A stretch of 60,280 bases of DNA, filler included, from Jimgerdemannia flammicorona (Eukaryota): the NCBI GenBank assembly GCA_003990765.1. It is 3 parts of 3 records of this genome, joined end to end, with 100 filler letters (N's around TTAATTAATTAA, not from the genome) between each part and the next. Parts side by side here need not be neighbours in the genome. Positions count along the whole stretch, not along the records: positions 1 to 20,034 come from RBNJ01001777.1; 2 more parts are not named here. One strand, written 5' to 3'. The position numbers and the translations under genes are program-made. Every line of letters begins with the position of its first letter. Within the stretch, counting starts at the first letter, position 1. Positions 1-11,500 of this stretch are shown here, piece after piece. Below the pieces are notes generated by a model that saw nothing but the letters and a program-made list of their open reading frames with translations, made no database searches and was not told the DNA's origin.

Positions 1-152
1 AAAAAAAAAAAAAAAAAATGAGCTAATAAAAAAAATATACTAAGTTACTATCTGAATTAGTTACTATAATTTAACCATATACTATACATATCAAGTATAC
101 TAAACAACCAGGACTACCCTATTATACTAACTTGTATAAATAATCTAGATAG

Positions 153-620
153 TGTAATGTAGTGAATACTTACTCTTGAAAGTACATTGGATTTCTGTAT
201 CTTGAAAACTTGACTGTTCTGACTCTTACAGAGTCTCTTGAAGTTGCAGGGGAGGGTGGGTGAGTTTGAAGTGTATCTGCCCACAGGCTTACTAGTTCCT
301 TTGCTATCTCTTTGCTTTTGAACTATTTCAATCTGAGGTTTATTCACTTGAAGATACTGGGTTATTTATACAAGTTTGCTAGCTATGAGATGGTTACTGG
401 GTTACATGACTAAGTTATGAGTCATTTAACACTTTGCGAAATATTTTGCCAGTTGCAAAATGCTATACTAAATCAAGAAGCTCGATCTTGTGTTTTGTGA
501 AATATTTTGCAAATGGCAGAATCAAGGACTGCTAACTATGTGGCTATACTACTTTGGGACTGGGTGCGATCAAGTATCTGTTCCCTATTTTCTTCTTCCA
601 AATCTGGTTATATCATCACA
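153..620 (-). repeat. 3' LTR of element A
   Basis: Near-identical to 6401-6868; differences are mostly transitions at ancestral CpG. Confidence 0.95.
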
Positions 621-1119
621 ACTTCCTCCTGAATAGATGATCTCGTCCCTGAAGTATTTATTCAAACTCCCAAGCTTCAATGGTCTGTATGGTCTTATAT
701 TATGTGATTTGTTATATTACTGTTTCCCAATGGTGTCATCTGACTTGGTTGAAGTCTGAGGGAGTCACTCCTCACAGGTGGGCTAGTGCTGGTTCATCCT
801 CTCAGAATAGCTTATGGATTCTCTTAGAAATGGTGATTTGGGAATAGGAGAGCTGGCATTCTGTGATCCAATTTTCTTTGGTCATTTCTGGGTCTTGGTT
901 GAGTACTTGGCCAAGTTTGAAGTACTCTTGAAATTCATTTCGATGCTGATAGGCCTTGAAGTGTGAAATTCGAGAGAGATGAGTCTACACAATACTTTAG
1001 ATACTGTCATAAGACTCCTCTATGGTCAGAGGCTCGGTGGTGCACCATTGTCTCTCGATGGCTCTTTGGGCAGCACTAGTGATCTTAAGTGCCATCACAG
1101 TACTTTTGTTACTGGCCAT
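617..1119 (-). pseudogene. Accessory ORF3 of element A (unknown function, ~167 codons)
   Basis: ATG at 1119 overlaps the IN end. One frame runs to the PPT/LTR, and all internal stops can be explained by C>T. Contains EYFKLGQVL...ISKRIHKLF. Confidence 0.75.
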
Positions 1120-2295
1120 GATATTTCTTGAGTCAGTTTCAGTGAATGATGGTGGGGATTATTGTGCCTGAGGGTTTTTGTAGCCAAAAGGTGGTCCCTT
1201 TTATATCTTGCACAAGGTAAGGTCCTTCCCACTTGGGCTCCAGTTTTCGTGACCATGAAGCTTCTACCATATTCTGATACACTAGGACTTTGTCTCCTAT
1301 CTTGATAATCTCCAAGGGTTTGTAGATCTTTTCTGCATTCCTCCATTATAGTGTCTGTACCTTGGTTATGTAATCTTTAGCCTTCTTCCTGATTTGGTGT
1401 AGTCTCCATATTTCCATGTCCACATGTTTCCATACAGCATCTCCATTGGATGATAGGGTTCCCTGAGAACATTCTTCTCTGAACAGCATTTCTCAAGAGG
1501 TAAAGTAGGTACTTTGTGATCAGATATCCCGGAGAGTGGATAATGCTATTGGCAGATAGTGATCCCAGTTCTCATAGTTATCATAGATCTTGGCAATAAC
1601 ATTCTTGAGAGTTTTGTTAGTCCTTTCTACTTGTCCATTTCCTTGAGGGTGATATGCTGTGGTCTGAATATGCTGGATCTTGTACTTCTTGTAGAGAACT
1701 TCAAAGAACTGGTTCACAAATTCCATTCCTCTATCTGTAGTTACTTGTGTTGAGATCTTGAACTGGCAGATGATTTCTTTGTGGAAGAAATCGGCAATTG
1801 ACTGTGCATTGGCTTCCATAAGGGATCCTGCTTCTATCCATTTTGTAAAAAGGTCTACGATGATGATGATGTATCGGTTACCAGTCAAAGTCAAGGGTAG
1901 AGGGCCAATTATATCCATTGCAATGTGGGCAAATGGTACTGGTTCTATGTGTGCTGATTCTGGAGCTTGATTTCATTAGTCTTGTTTCTGTTTCTAGCAT
2001 TTGTCACAGGTCTTGACGAATTGTCTGATATCTTCCTCTATCCCTGACCACCATATTGTTCTTCTTGCCTTGTCATATGTATTCGTTCCTCCTAGATAGC
2101 CAAGTTCATGTACTGATTTCATCGCTTGCTCCTTCTTGTGTTCTGGTATGACTAGTAGTTTTCCTTTCTTCAGTGTTTCTCTGTCAGTTTTGAATTTTTT
2201 CCATGTTCTGTTGATAATCATTTGTATCCATTCTTCCAGATATTGGGGTATCTTTCGCTGTCCCAGGTATGTGATAATTCCATAGTAGAGCTCCT
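1109..2295 (-). pseudogene. Integrase of element A
   Basis: Decayed HHCC (FVKTCDKC), MDIIGPLP, TDRGMEF, TTAYHPQGNGQVERTN, and C-terminal KLEPKWEGPY. Confidence 0.95.
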
Positions 2296-2309
2296 TATTC
2301 ATAATTGAT

Positions 2310-3720
2310 TTATTGGTTGGAGGTAGTTTGGGGTATCTGTGAGAGGGCATCTGTATTGGCATTGGTTCTTCCAGAGCGGTGTATGATGGTTACATCATAA
2401 ACTTGCAACTTCATTATCCATCTGGCATAGATTCCTTTGGGTTGTCCGGTTGTCAGTAGCCAGGTGAGAGCTGAGTGGTCTGTTTGGATGGTGAAGTATC
2501 TTCCAGCCAAGTAGTAGTAGAACTTTTCTATGGCCCAGATGACTGTGAGGCATTCCAACTTGTAGGATTCATATTCTTTTTCAGCTCCTCGGGTTCCATG
2601 GCTGAGGTATGTGATGATATACTCCACTTTATCTTTCTTTTGAGCTAGGACTACTCCTAGTCCTTGTGCAATTGCATCAGTCTGTAGGATGAATTCTTGA
2701 GTCCAGTCAGGTCTTCTGAGGATGGGTGCCTGGGTCAGTCTGACCTTGAGTTCATCAAATGCTTTTTGTTGTCTGCCAGTCCACTGGAACTTGGTATCCT
2801 TCTTGTTAAGTTCATAGATTGGTCCTGCAATATTAGAAAATCCTCTAATAAATCTGCGATAATAGGAGGCAAGTCCCATGAAGGCTTGGGCTTCTGTAAT
2901 AGTGGTGGGTCTTGGGTATGCTGCCACTGCTTGTATCTTGAGGGGGTCTGTGTTTGTTCCATCTTGGTTGATGATGTGGCCAAGATAGGAGATCTCGATT
3001 TCTGCAAATTTCTATTTTTTGGGCTTGATGTATAGGCCATGCTTTCTCAGTCTTTCCATTATTTGCCAGATGTGCTGCAGGTGTTCTTCTGGTGTCTGGC
3101 TGTAGATGATTACATCATCAACATAGACCATCATCCATCTTCCCATATCATAGCAGAAGATTTTGTTCATCATTCACTGGAAACTTGCTGGTGCATTGCA
3201 CATTCCAAATGGCATTCATAGGTAGACGTAGGTTCCACCTGGGGTGATAAAAGCTGAATTTTCGCTTGCCATGTCTGTGAGTCCAATTTGGTGGAATTCT
3301 GAGTATAAGTCCAAAGTGCTGTAGTACTATACTTCATCTTCCAGTATTATGAGGATGTCATTGATGAGAGGCAGTGATTGGCAATCCTTCTTGGTGACCA
3401 TGTTGAGCTTTCTGTAGTCAACACAGAGTCTTGGGGTGAATTCTCCAGGCTTGCTGCCCTTTTTTGGGACTAGTACAACAGGTGAGGACCAGGGGCTGCT
3501 GGCTTCTTTAATAATGCCGGCTTCTTCCATCTGCTTGATTTCTTCTCTGAGCCATTCTCGGTAGACTGGCAGAATAGGTCTTGCCTTCTGATAGATTGGT
3601 TCAGTGTCTCCAGTATCTACTTCATGATAGTAGTGTGGGGTCTTTCCTTTGATATCCTTGAAATCTGTGGCAAGGACATCTTCGAATTCGTGGAGTATTT
3701 TCTTGAGTTCTTTCTTGAGT
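2310..3720 (-). pseudogene. Reverse transcriptase + RNase H of element A
   Basis: SSPWSSPVVLVPKK, RLCVDYRKLN, MPFG, YVDD (~3115-3126), FMGLASYYRRFI, LQTDA, TDHSAL. Confidence 0.95.
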
Positions 3721-3819
3721 GGAAATTCATTTCCGATGGTGTAGCTGTGCTTGCTTGTGTTTTCCTCCTTCTTATGCTCGAGTTCAGTGATCTTGGTACT
3801 GGTGAATACTCCTCTTCCT

Positions 3820-4180
3820 GAGGATCCAAATTCTTTCTTTCCTCTTTTCATTTCCTCTAGCTTCTTAACTTCTATGATCTTTAGTTGTAGGATTGGAAAG
3901 ATCAACATTTGTGCCAGTTGGTTCTTCTTCTTGACTGGAAATGGAATTGTAGAATTGTGATTCCTAGCAATGAGTAGAATTTCTCTAGTATAGTCTGAAT
4001 TGATGACTCCTCCTTTGATTGTGATTTCACTTCTAGTCAGACTGCTTCTTGTCTTGAGAATCCTGACATGATCCTTTGGAATGGTCATCTCCAGTCCAGT
4101 TGCAAGTAGGGTGGTTGTCTGGGGTTCCAGTACAGTCTCTTCTACTGTAGCAATGTCCATTCTGGCTGCATTTTCTGACT
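3820..4180 (-). pseudogene. dUTPase domain of element A (between PR and RT)
   Basis: TGLEMTIP, RSSL, GGVINSDYT(G)EI, LAQML and RGKKEFGSSG correspond to trimeric dUTPase motifs II-V. Confidence 0.9.
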
Positions 4181-4597
4181 TATATTCTGGCAAGACTGCA
4201 TCAGGGTGGGTCTTTCGAATCTGACCTTGATTTCTTCTTCATCATCACTATCCTCTAGGAAGGCTGGTGGTTTATCATCTTCCTTCTTCTCTTCTTCCCT
4301 GATCTGTTTTTCGAGGGCTTTCTGCCTTCTTTCCTGGTGGATCTTCTTGATTCTGATGGTGCACTGGTAGCAATCATTGACATACTCTATATAGTATATC
4401 TTGATCTCATGAGGACAGACTCCTTGTGGTGCATAGCCTTCTGTGATCTTCTTATACCATTCTTCTTTACTCATCCATCCAACTTTCTTCTTCTTTAGAG
4501 TAGTTACCATATAAGCTTCCTCTTGCTCACTCTCTTCTTTCTCCATATCAGGCAGAACTCCTTTGTTGACATTGATGGGAATTCGTATCTTCTGTCC

Positions 4598-5041
4598 TCA
4601 GTAGGTGATCTGCATCTTCTGAGCATTGAGATCGATTACTGCCTTGGCTTTGTGAAGCCATTTATTACCGATGAGGATGTCATAGTTGGTGGCATTGGTT
4701 ACAATTATATCTACTGGGATTGTTGCTCCTCCAATCTTGATGGAAACATCTCTGATCTTTCCCAGAGATGTGGCTCTTATACCATCAGCTGTGACAAACA
4801 CCAGCTTAGTTGCTTCTTCCACATTCCAACCTAGGCAGTCTGCTGCCTTCTTGCTGAGGAGACATCCTCCTGCTCCCATATCAATGATGGCTTCAAAGAT
4901 TCTATCTTTAATTTGGCATGTTGCATAAGCAGAGGTTTTGCAATTATCCTCACTTTCTTCTTCTGAGTCCTCTTGAACATTATTGGCCTCAGTTATCTTC
5001 CATCCTTGTTCCTTAGTTGTTTCGGCAAGTCCAAACCTCAT
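4598..5041 (-). pseudogene. Retropepsin aspartic protease of element A
   Basis: AIIDMGAGGCLL (DTG>DMG via ACG>ATG) and YDILIGNKWL motifs. Confidence 0.9.
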
Positions 5042-6290
5042 TTGCTGTCTGAATGTTGGTATTTCTGTGAGCTGACCAAAGGTTGCATTGACCTTTTGTT
5101 GACTGGGGTCCTTAAAGATATCATACTTGAAGGACTTGGTCTTGCGAAGCTTCTTTTCTTTTTCTCCTTCACTGGCTGGAGTGGTTCCTCAGATAATATC
5201 TTGAACTGCTTGCTCCAGCTCCATATCTTGGTCCATCTCTTCAGCTTGGCTTTCTGTGGCAGTTTCCATCCACTTTTCCACTGGGTTCTTCTTGGGTCTT
5301 TCTGGTGGTCTCTTGTAGGGTTCTTTGCGAACATCCTTCTTGGTTGTCTGAGCAGAATAGGCCTCCTATTCCTCTTCATCGGATTCTCTGATTTCTTCAA
5401 AGGTGATTGTATTGGCCTGTTCCTTGTTTCATGAAGCATTGCTTGGTTGAGCCTTGTGCTTGGTTTTGCTCATGTATTCATAGGAGTAGTGGCCTTCTTC
5501 TCCACAGCTGTAGCAGGTACCTTTCTTCTTGTCTGAGGTGGTAGCAAACTTCTGAACAGGGTGGCAGTCTCTTCCTCGAATTTCCTTTACCACATCTCCT
5601 AGGTGGGCAGTCATTTCAGCAAACCTTTTGGCGAGTTCCTCCATAGGGTCACTGTTCTTTTGCTGCTCTGTAGCTTTTGGCTGAGGTGTGTTTTGATTAA
5701 TCATTGTGGTGGGGATCACACTGGTTGACTTAGGTACCTTGATTCTGACTTCTGTAACTCTCTCCATTGTATGGTCTTGTGGGTGTCTGGCTATCCAGTA
5801 TCACTGAGCATAGGTGACCTTTTGTGGCAGATCCAGAATTACTGGTGATGAGCAGATAGCCATGGCTATTTCTGGATGGACTCCTTTCATGAAGTTTGCT
5901 TTGGCTACTTGATCTCAGATAGCAGTGGCATAATCTGCAAGAATTATCTGATATCAGATTCTGGTATAGAATGTGTTTGGATCTTCACTCATTACTTGGC
6001 ATATTATATTGAGCTGATCCTTCAGGGCTTGCTTGATCTTATCTATATAATATGTATTTCAGAGCCAGGTCTTCTGTGCTATCAGTATAGCATCGGCATC
6101 ATTTCCTGCATGGGTTGTAGCTGTGAATGCTGCTCTGGCAGGACCTCATAGACTGAAAGGCATGAGGGCTACTTGCTGTGCTGCTGTCAGGGTCCTTACA
6201 GCAGTATACTGCTTGAAATCATCAATAAAGGTGATAATTGATTCATCTGAGGTATATCTATGGAATACTGGTGGTCTCATATCCATCTTA
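5038..6290 (-). pseudogene. gag of element A
   Basis: Decayed zinc knuckle CYSCGEEGHYSYEY (CX2CX4HX4C with the last C mutated) in ORF 5429-5767, located after the PBS. Confidence 0.8.
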
Positions 6291-6400
6291 TCTGGGTATT
6301 GGGGCTTGGTTTGTATGGTTGTTCAGGTAGTGGCAGTTGTTTGTTGTTCAGCTTGAAAGTGAGGGATTCATCTTGAATCACCAGCCAATGGGCACCAAGT

Positions 6401-6868
6401 TGTAACATAGCAGATACTTACTCTTGAAAGTACATTGGATTTCTGTATCTTGAAAACTTGACTGTTCTGACTCTTACAGAGTCTCTTGAAGTTGCAGCGG
6501 AGAGTGGGTGAGTTCAAAATGTATCTGCCCACAGGCTTACTAGTTCCTTTGCTATCTCTTTGCTTTTGAACTATTTTGATCTGAGGTTTATTCACTCGAA
6601 GATACTGGGTTATTTATACAAGTTTGCTAGCTATGAGATGGTTACTGGGTTATGTGGCTAAGTTATGAGTCATTTAACACTTTGCGAAATATTTTGCCAG
6701 TTGCAAAATACTATACTAAATCGAGAAGCTTGATCTCGCACTTTGCAAAATATTTCACAAATGGCAGAATTGAGGACTGCTAACTATGTGGCTATACTAC
6801 TTTGGAACTGGGTGCGATCAAGTGTCTGTTCCCTATTTCCTTCTTCCAAATCTGGTCATACCGTCACA
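6401..6868 (-). repeat. 5' LTR of element A
   Basis: Direct repeat of 153-620, followed on the minus strand by ACT+TGGTGCCC (PBS-like). Confidence 0.95.
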
Positions 6869-9085
6869 ATAGCTAAAGAAGGAAATATTACTAATAGTAA
6901 AGATCACTCTAACTCTAAAGGTTACCCTGACCTTAAAGGTCACTCTAATTATGAATATCTACTTGTAAATAGTCATTCTATAGTTAGCTATATAGTAACC
7001 AGATAGTAATTACAACTATATAAATAATTCAAAGATAAGAGTAAATAAACCTCAGTTTAAAATTAAAACTAAAAAGCAAAAGATAAGTCTGCCTACTATA
7101 CTTCAAGAGATATATCTATCAAAAGCCACTTGATCCTAAAGAAAAAAAATTACAATACTTAGAAGAAATATCCACTCTAAAGCTATTTATAGAAAATTAT
7201 AAGCTTAATATCTAATTTGTACTCCAGTTCTCTTTCTGATATAAAAAGTCTGCTATATTTTAGTTCACTTACCAGATAAGTCAGAAGAGAAGTCTGTTAT
7301 CTTGCCATAAAGTTAGTCTATCTGATATAATTTTATAGTGAATTTATTTATTCAAATGAAGCCAGTCTTTAATATAAAACTATATAATATTCAAAAAGCC
7401 TACTGATTCAGAAAAAATCCACATTATATATCTGTTAAACTAAGTAATCTGAGTTATATATCTACTAAATTAAGTAATTACAGAATCAGAAGAATTAAGA
7501 ATAGTCTCTAGAAGGTTACTCAGACTCACTATATCTTATCTGAGATCAGCAATATCACTCTTAGGATACTGAAGTATCTTTAGTTCCAGTAATAGTTCAG
7601 AAAGTAAATCAGAATTAAAACCAGAATCAGAATTAGAAAATAGTGATAATGAAATAATCATCTCAATACCTATCTTTACAGAATATCCAGAAGAAGACTC
7701 AAGGGAATTCCTTGATAGAATTAAAGAAATTATAGTTCTGAAAAATCTCTCTACTAAGTCCAACTCAGAGAACCAGTCAAGAGAATCTATAGAACAGTTA
7801 TCTATATAGTAGCAATCTGGAAAGCAAAATATGAAGCTATGATCTATTAGTTTATTGAGAAATACATAGAAAATAAAACCTGTCACAAGGCTTAAGAATC
7901 TATTATAAGAATAAAGATAAATCTTAGAGAATCACCCAGAGAATTCTTTACTAAAATTTAAAAATAATATATGTAATAATATTTAATACTACCAATCTAG
8001 ACATCATAGGTCCAATGATCTTTATAAATAGGATTCTCCTGAACATTATTCAGTATATTTACACTCTAGGTATCAGAAGACCTGAAGAATAAATAGATGC
8101 AGCTCAAGGATTTTTTTGATATCAGATAAGGAATTATCTGGAGTAATTATAATAAGAAGGATAACAAGGAAGATCTCTTGGTTAAAACTCTATAAGAACT
8201 CTTCTAAGGACAAGGAAGACCTGAAGAAAGAAAACTAGTCAAGGAATAAAAGAGAGAAAGAAATGAAATCTAAGATCTCAACTCTAAGTTAGATCAATTA
8301 ATTGGGAAAATTGAAAAACTCACTATATATGAAAAATTAAAACTACTAGCAGGACAACAGAGAGTACATACTATGAATAAATCAAGATTACTCATCCAGA
8401 GATAACAGGAGCTATCAGTTATAAGAAGAAAGAAGATATCCTATATAAGATTGAGCTCAAGTCCAATGCTTCTACTGTGGACAATTTGGATACTATACTA
8501 TAGAATATAATAACAGAAGAAATAATAAGAGAGACTCAGAACCATTAAATCAAAAGAATGAAACTCAGTACAAGAAGACCAAAGTCTACTCTATTAAAAA
8601 CTTTAAAGAGAAAAGTAACAGCAAAGATTACAGTAACCTAGATCTATACCCAGTTAAGATTATTATCAGAAAACAGTCTATCTAGTAGAGAAAAGAAAGA
8701 TATCTATAAGAAGACTATCCAGAAATATCAGTAGAAGAATTATTTAAGAAGAAGATAAAGAAAATAAAGAAGAGTAGATTGAAAAACCTTTCTGGTCTCT
8801 CTCACCTTTTGTTCTTAAAATAAATGAACTACTACTAGAGAATAAAGAAATAGAGTAAGAAGAACAGAAGTCTACTATCTCAAAGCTCAAAAAGAAGTAT
8901 ACTCTAAAGACTATATCCAGAGTTATCTATAATAAAGTCTGATAAAAGATTTAAGAAACCAAGATAGAAGTCTATCTCTTATAGTTCTTATAACTGATAT
9001 CTGCTAGAATTTGAAATAAACTGTTAAGAACTATAAGATCTAATACTGGCTGAGTCCCAATCCTATAATAAGAACCAATCCCAAC

Positions 9086-9380
9086 TAGTGCTCTCAAACA
9101 AATTGAATCAAATCAAATTGAGGTCATTTAAATTGAATTGAATTGAGGGTCCAATTTAACCCCTATTTTTAGAAATATAATAACTTGATGAAAATACATC
9201 CAAATTTAATGATCTTTAGTTTGTTGGATTTCTCTTATAAAGAGAAATCTAACAAGCTAATAATTATTAAATTTGGACATGTTTTTATCAAGTTATTACA
9301 TTTCTAAAAATAGAGTTTGAATTAAATCTCAAATCAAATTTGATTCAAATTTGATTCAATTTGATTTATTGAGAGTACTA
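9086..9380. mobile_element. Palindromic hAT-type MITE inserted in element B
   Basis: Ends TAGTGCTCTC / GAGAGTACTA. The whole element is a near-palindrome centred at ~9237. Flanks ATCCCAAC / GCCTCAAC fit a decayed 8-bp TSD. Confidence 0.85.
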
Positions 9381-11099
9381 GCCTCAACCACTATTTAGGC
9401 TGTAAAAAGACATATCAGTATATATATATCTATATAGAGATATTGGAGAACAAAAGGCAAAAATCCTTATTGATACAAAAGCAGCTATCTGTATCATTGC
9501 TAAATAATTCCTAGGCACCTTTCAATAGCCTATTGATGGACCATCCAACCTTAGCATCATAGTAGCAGATAGAGCCCAAACTCAAACTCTGGGAGAAGTA
9601 TGAAACATTACTACCTCCCTGAGTCATATTTAGTTTTTTATTCCAAAAGCTATTATTACTAAAGCTATTATTTATAATATAATCCTTAGTACTAACTAGA
9701 TGAAAGAAATGAATATAGTTATTGATATCAGTCTATAGATACTCAAATTAAACTATAGGAGAAAGAAGTACAGAATCAAGATAACTAGTTATAAGCAGTC
9801 AAAGAAAAAGAAGAAGATCACTATTCAGGAAGAGTATACTAGTAGTAAGAAATCTACTATAGAAGAAAAAGAAGAATCTAAAGATAGAAATAATTCTGGA
9901 CTTAACCCACAAATTAACATCATAGATGACAGGTCAGAAGACAATGTGTGGGCCAAATATATTATCTCTATTACAATTGAAGTTATTGCAAGACAAATCA
10001 AAGGATACCCCATCTATCTCAAAAGTATAAGTGCCCCAAATACTCCTCTAAGATCATTGGAACTAGAAATTTGTCTGATCTAGTCTGCTCTGAGTATAGA
10101 AGAAAAAAGAAGAAATATAAGTATACTGTAAAAATATCTACAATAAAAGCTACAGAATTATAAGTAATCTCAGATTAAGAAATATCTGAAGAAGAAACTT
10201 CTGAACAAGAGGTTCCCAAACAGAAGAAACTCCTGAACAAGAGGTTCCCAAACAGAAGGAGCTCTCTGAACTTATTTTCTAAGATGATACTTACTAAACA
10301 CCACTAGAAGATAATAACTCTTGGAATACTAAAGAAGAACTAAGTATAGTCACTATTGTCTAAAGATAAGAAACATATCAGAAAAGAACCTTTTGACTAG
10401 AAAGATATTAGCACTAAATAGTCTTCTACTCTCTCCAAGACTACTACTATTAGTACTATCTACTAGACTAATAAGAAAGACAGAGACCCTGTAGACCAGA
10501 AGTTCTAATCACAATTACTCAAATAACTATTTCTAAGAAACCACTACAATGTTGAAAAAGTATGCCAATGAATAAGACCACTTTATCTGAACAGAAGTAT
10601 AGCTCTTAGCTACTCTTCTCGCAATTTATAATAAGAATGAATACCAATTTCTAAGGTAGTAAGAAATCAATAACTAAGAACTACATTTCTGAGCAATGGG
10701 ATATTATAACTATAGAAAACATCCAGACTGCCAAAACTGTCTATATCAGAAGATTTATCTCATTCGAGATATTACTGTATATATATTAAAGAGAAGAGAT
10801 GACAGAGTTCAGATCTGAAGAAACCAGACTAAGAAATCAAAGAAGAAGGCTCTCAAGATCTATAATCTGTAAGAAGACATCCTAGTTCTCATCAGATATA
10901 TAACTTATCAAGAATGGGTAAAAGACACTATCAACTTTATTGAAACCATAGACCTTATAGAAAAGAGAGAAATCAACTACCTCTGAGATCCCTCTACTAG
11001 AGCCAGATGGCTGTATCTCAATCTTAGAGCCTGGGAGCTTATCTTCACTGGAGCCTTAGCTCAAGGACAACCTAAGTTCTAAAGATATCACCCAGTATA

Positions 11100-11500
11100 T
11101 CTTACTATATCCAAAGGCCAAACCTCTGACCAAAGCTCACCAGAAAGATGTGGGATATAATCTCTATAGTTTAGAAGATAAATATAATAAGCCTAGAAGA
11201 ATAATGATACTTAGCATAGAACTAGCTATATAGCTATCTAAAGGAATCTACATCCAACTAGTCTCAAGGTCTGGACTCACTAGACAAAAAATAACTATAA
11301 AAGGAAAAATAATAAACTCTGGATATATAGATAAAATCAAGGTCATCTTGAATAATAGTAATATAAAATGGTATCAAATCTATAAAGAACAAAAGATTAT
11401 ACAAGTAATCTTTATAAAAGTCATAACTCCCTAGCTATAAGAGGTCTCCAAACTAACTTAAGAAATAAAGCAAACTGAAGAATTTGAAAGCTCAGATAAA
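11100..11500 (+). pseudogene. dUTPase domain of element B
   Basis: KDVGYNLYS (DAGYDL), LVSRSGL, KIINSGYIDKIKVIL and EEFESS (GFGSS) decayed motifs. Confidence 0.8.

Larger units (their letters stand above)
153..6868 (-). mobile_element. Full-length decayed Ty3/Gypsy LTR retrotransposon A (gag-PR-dUTPase-RT-RH-IN-ORF3), nested in the 5' LTR of element B
   Basis: Two 468-bp TG..CA LTRs (153-620, 6401-6868). 4-bp TSD ATAG at 149-152 and 6869-6872; a single ATAG sits at the empty site in B's other LTR (~15045). Putative PBS TGGTGCCCATTGG at ~6380-6397 and PPT AGGAGGAAG next to 621. Confidence 0.95.

Noticed and set aside
114..347. 77-aa ORF (and its twin at 6368-6595)
   Set aside because: Lies in the LTR, starts at GTG within the AATAAA motif, and runs out into unrelated flanks.
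617..1119. ORF3 as an envelope gene
   Set aside because: Too short, with no signal peptide, TM helix or fusion motif visible.
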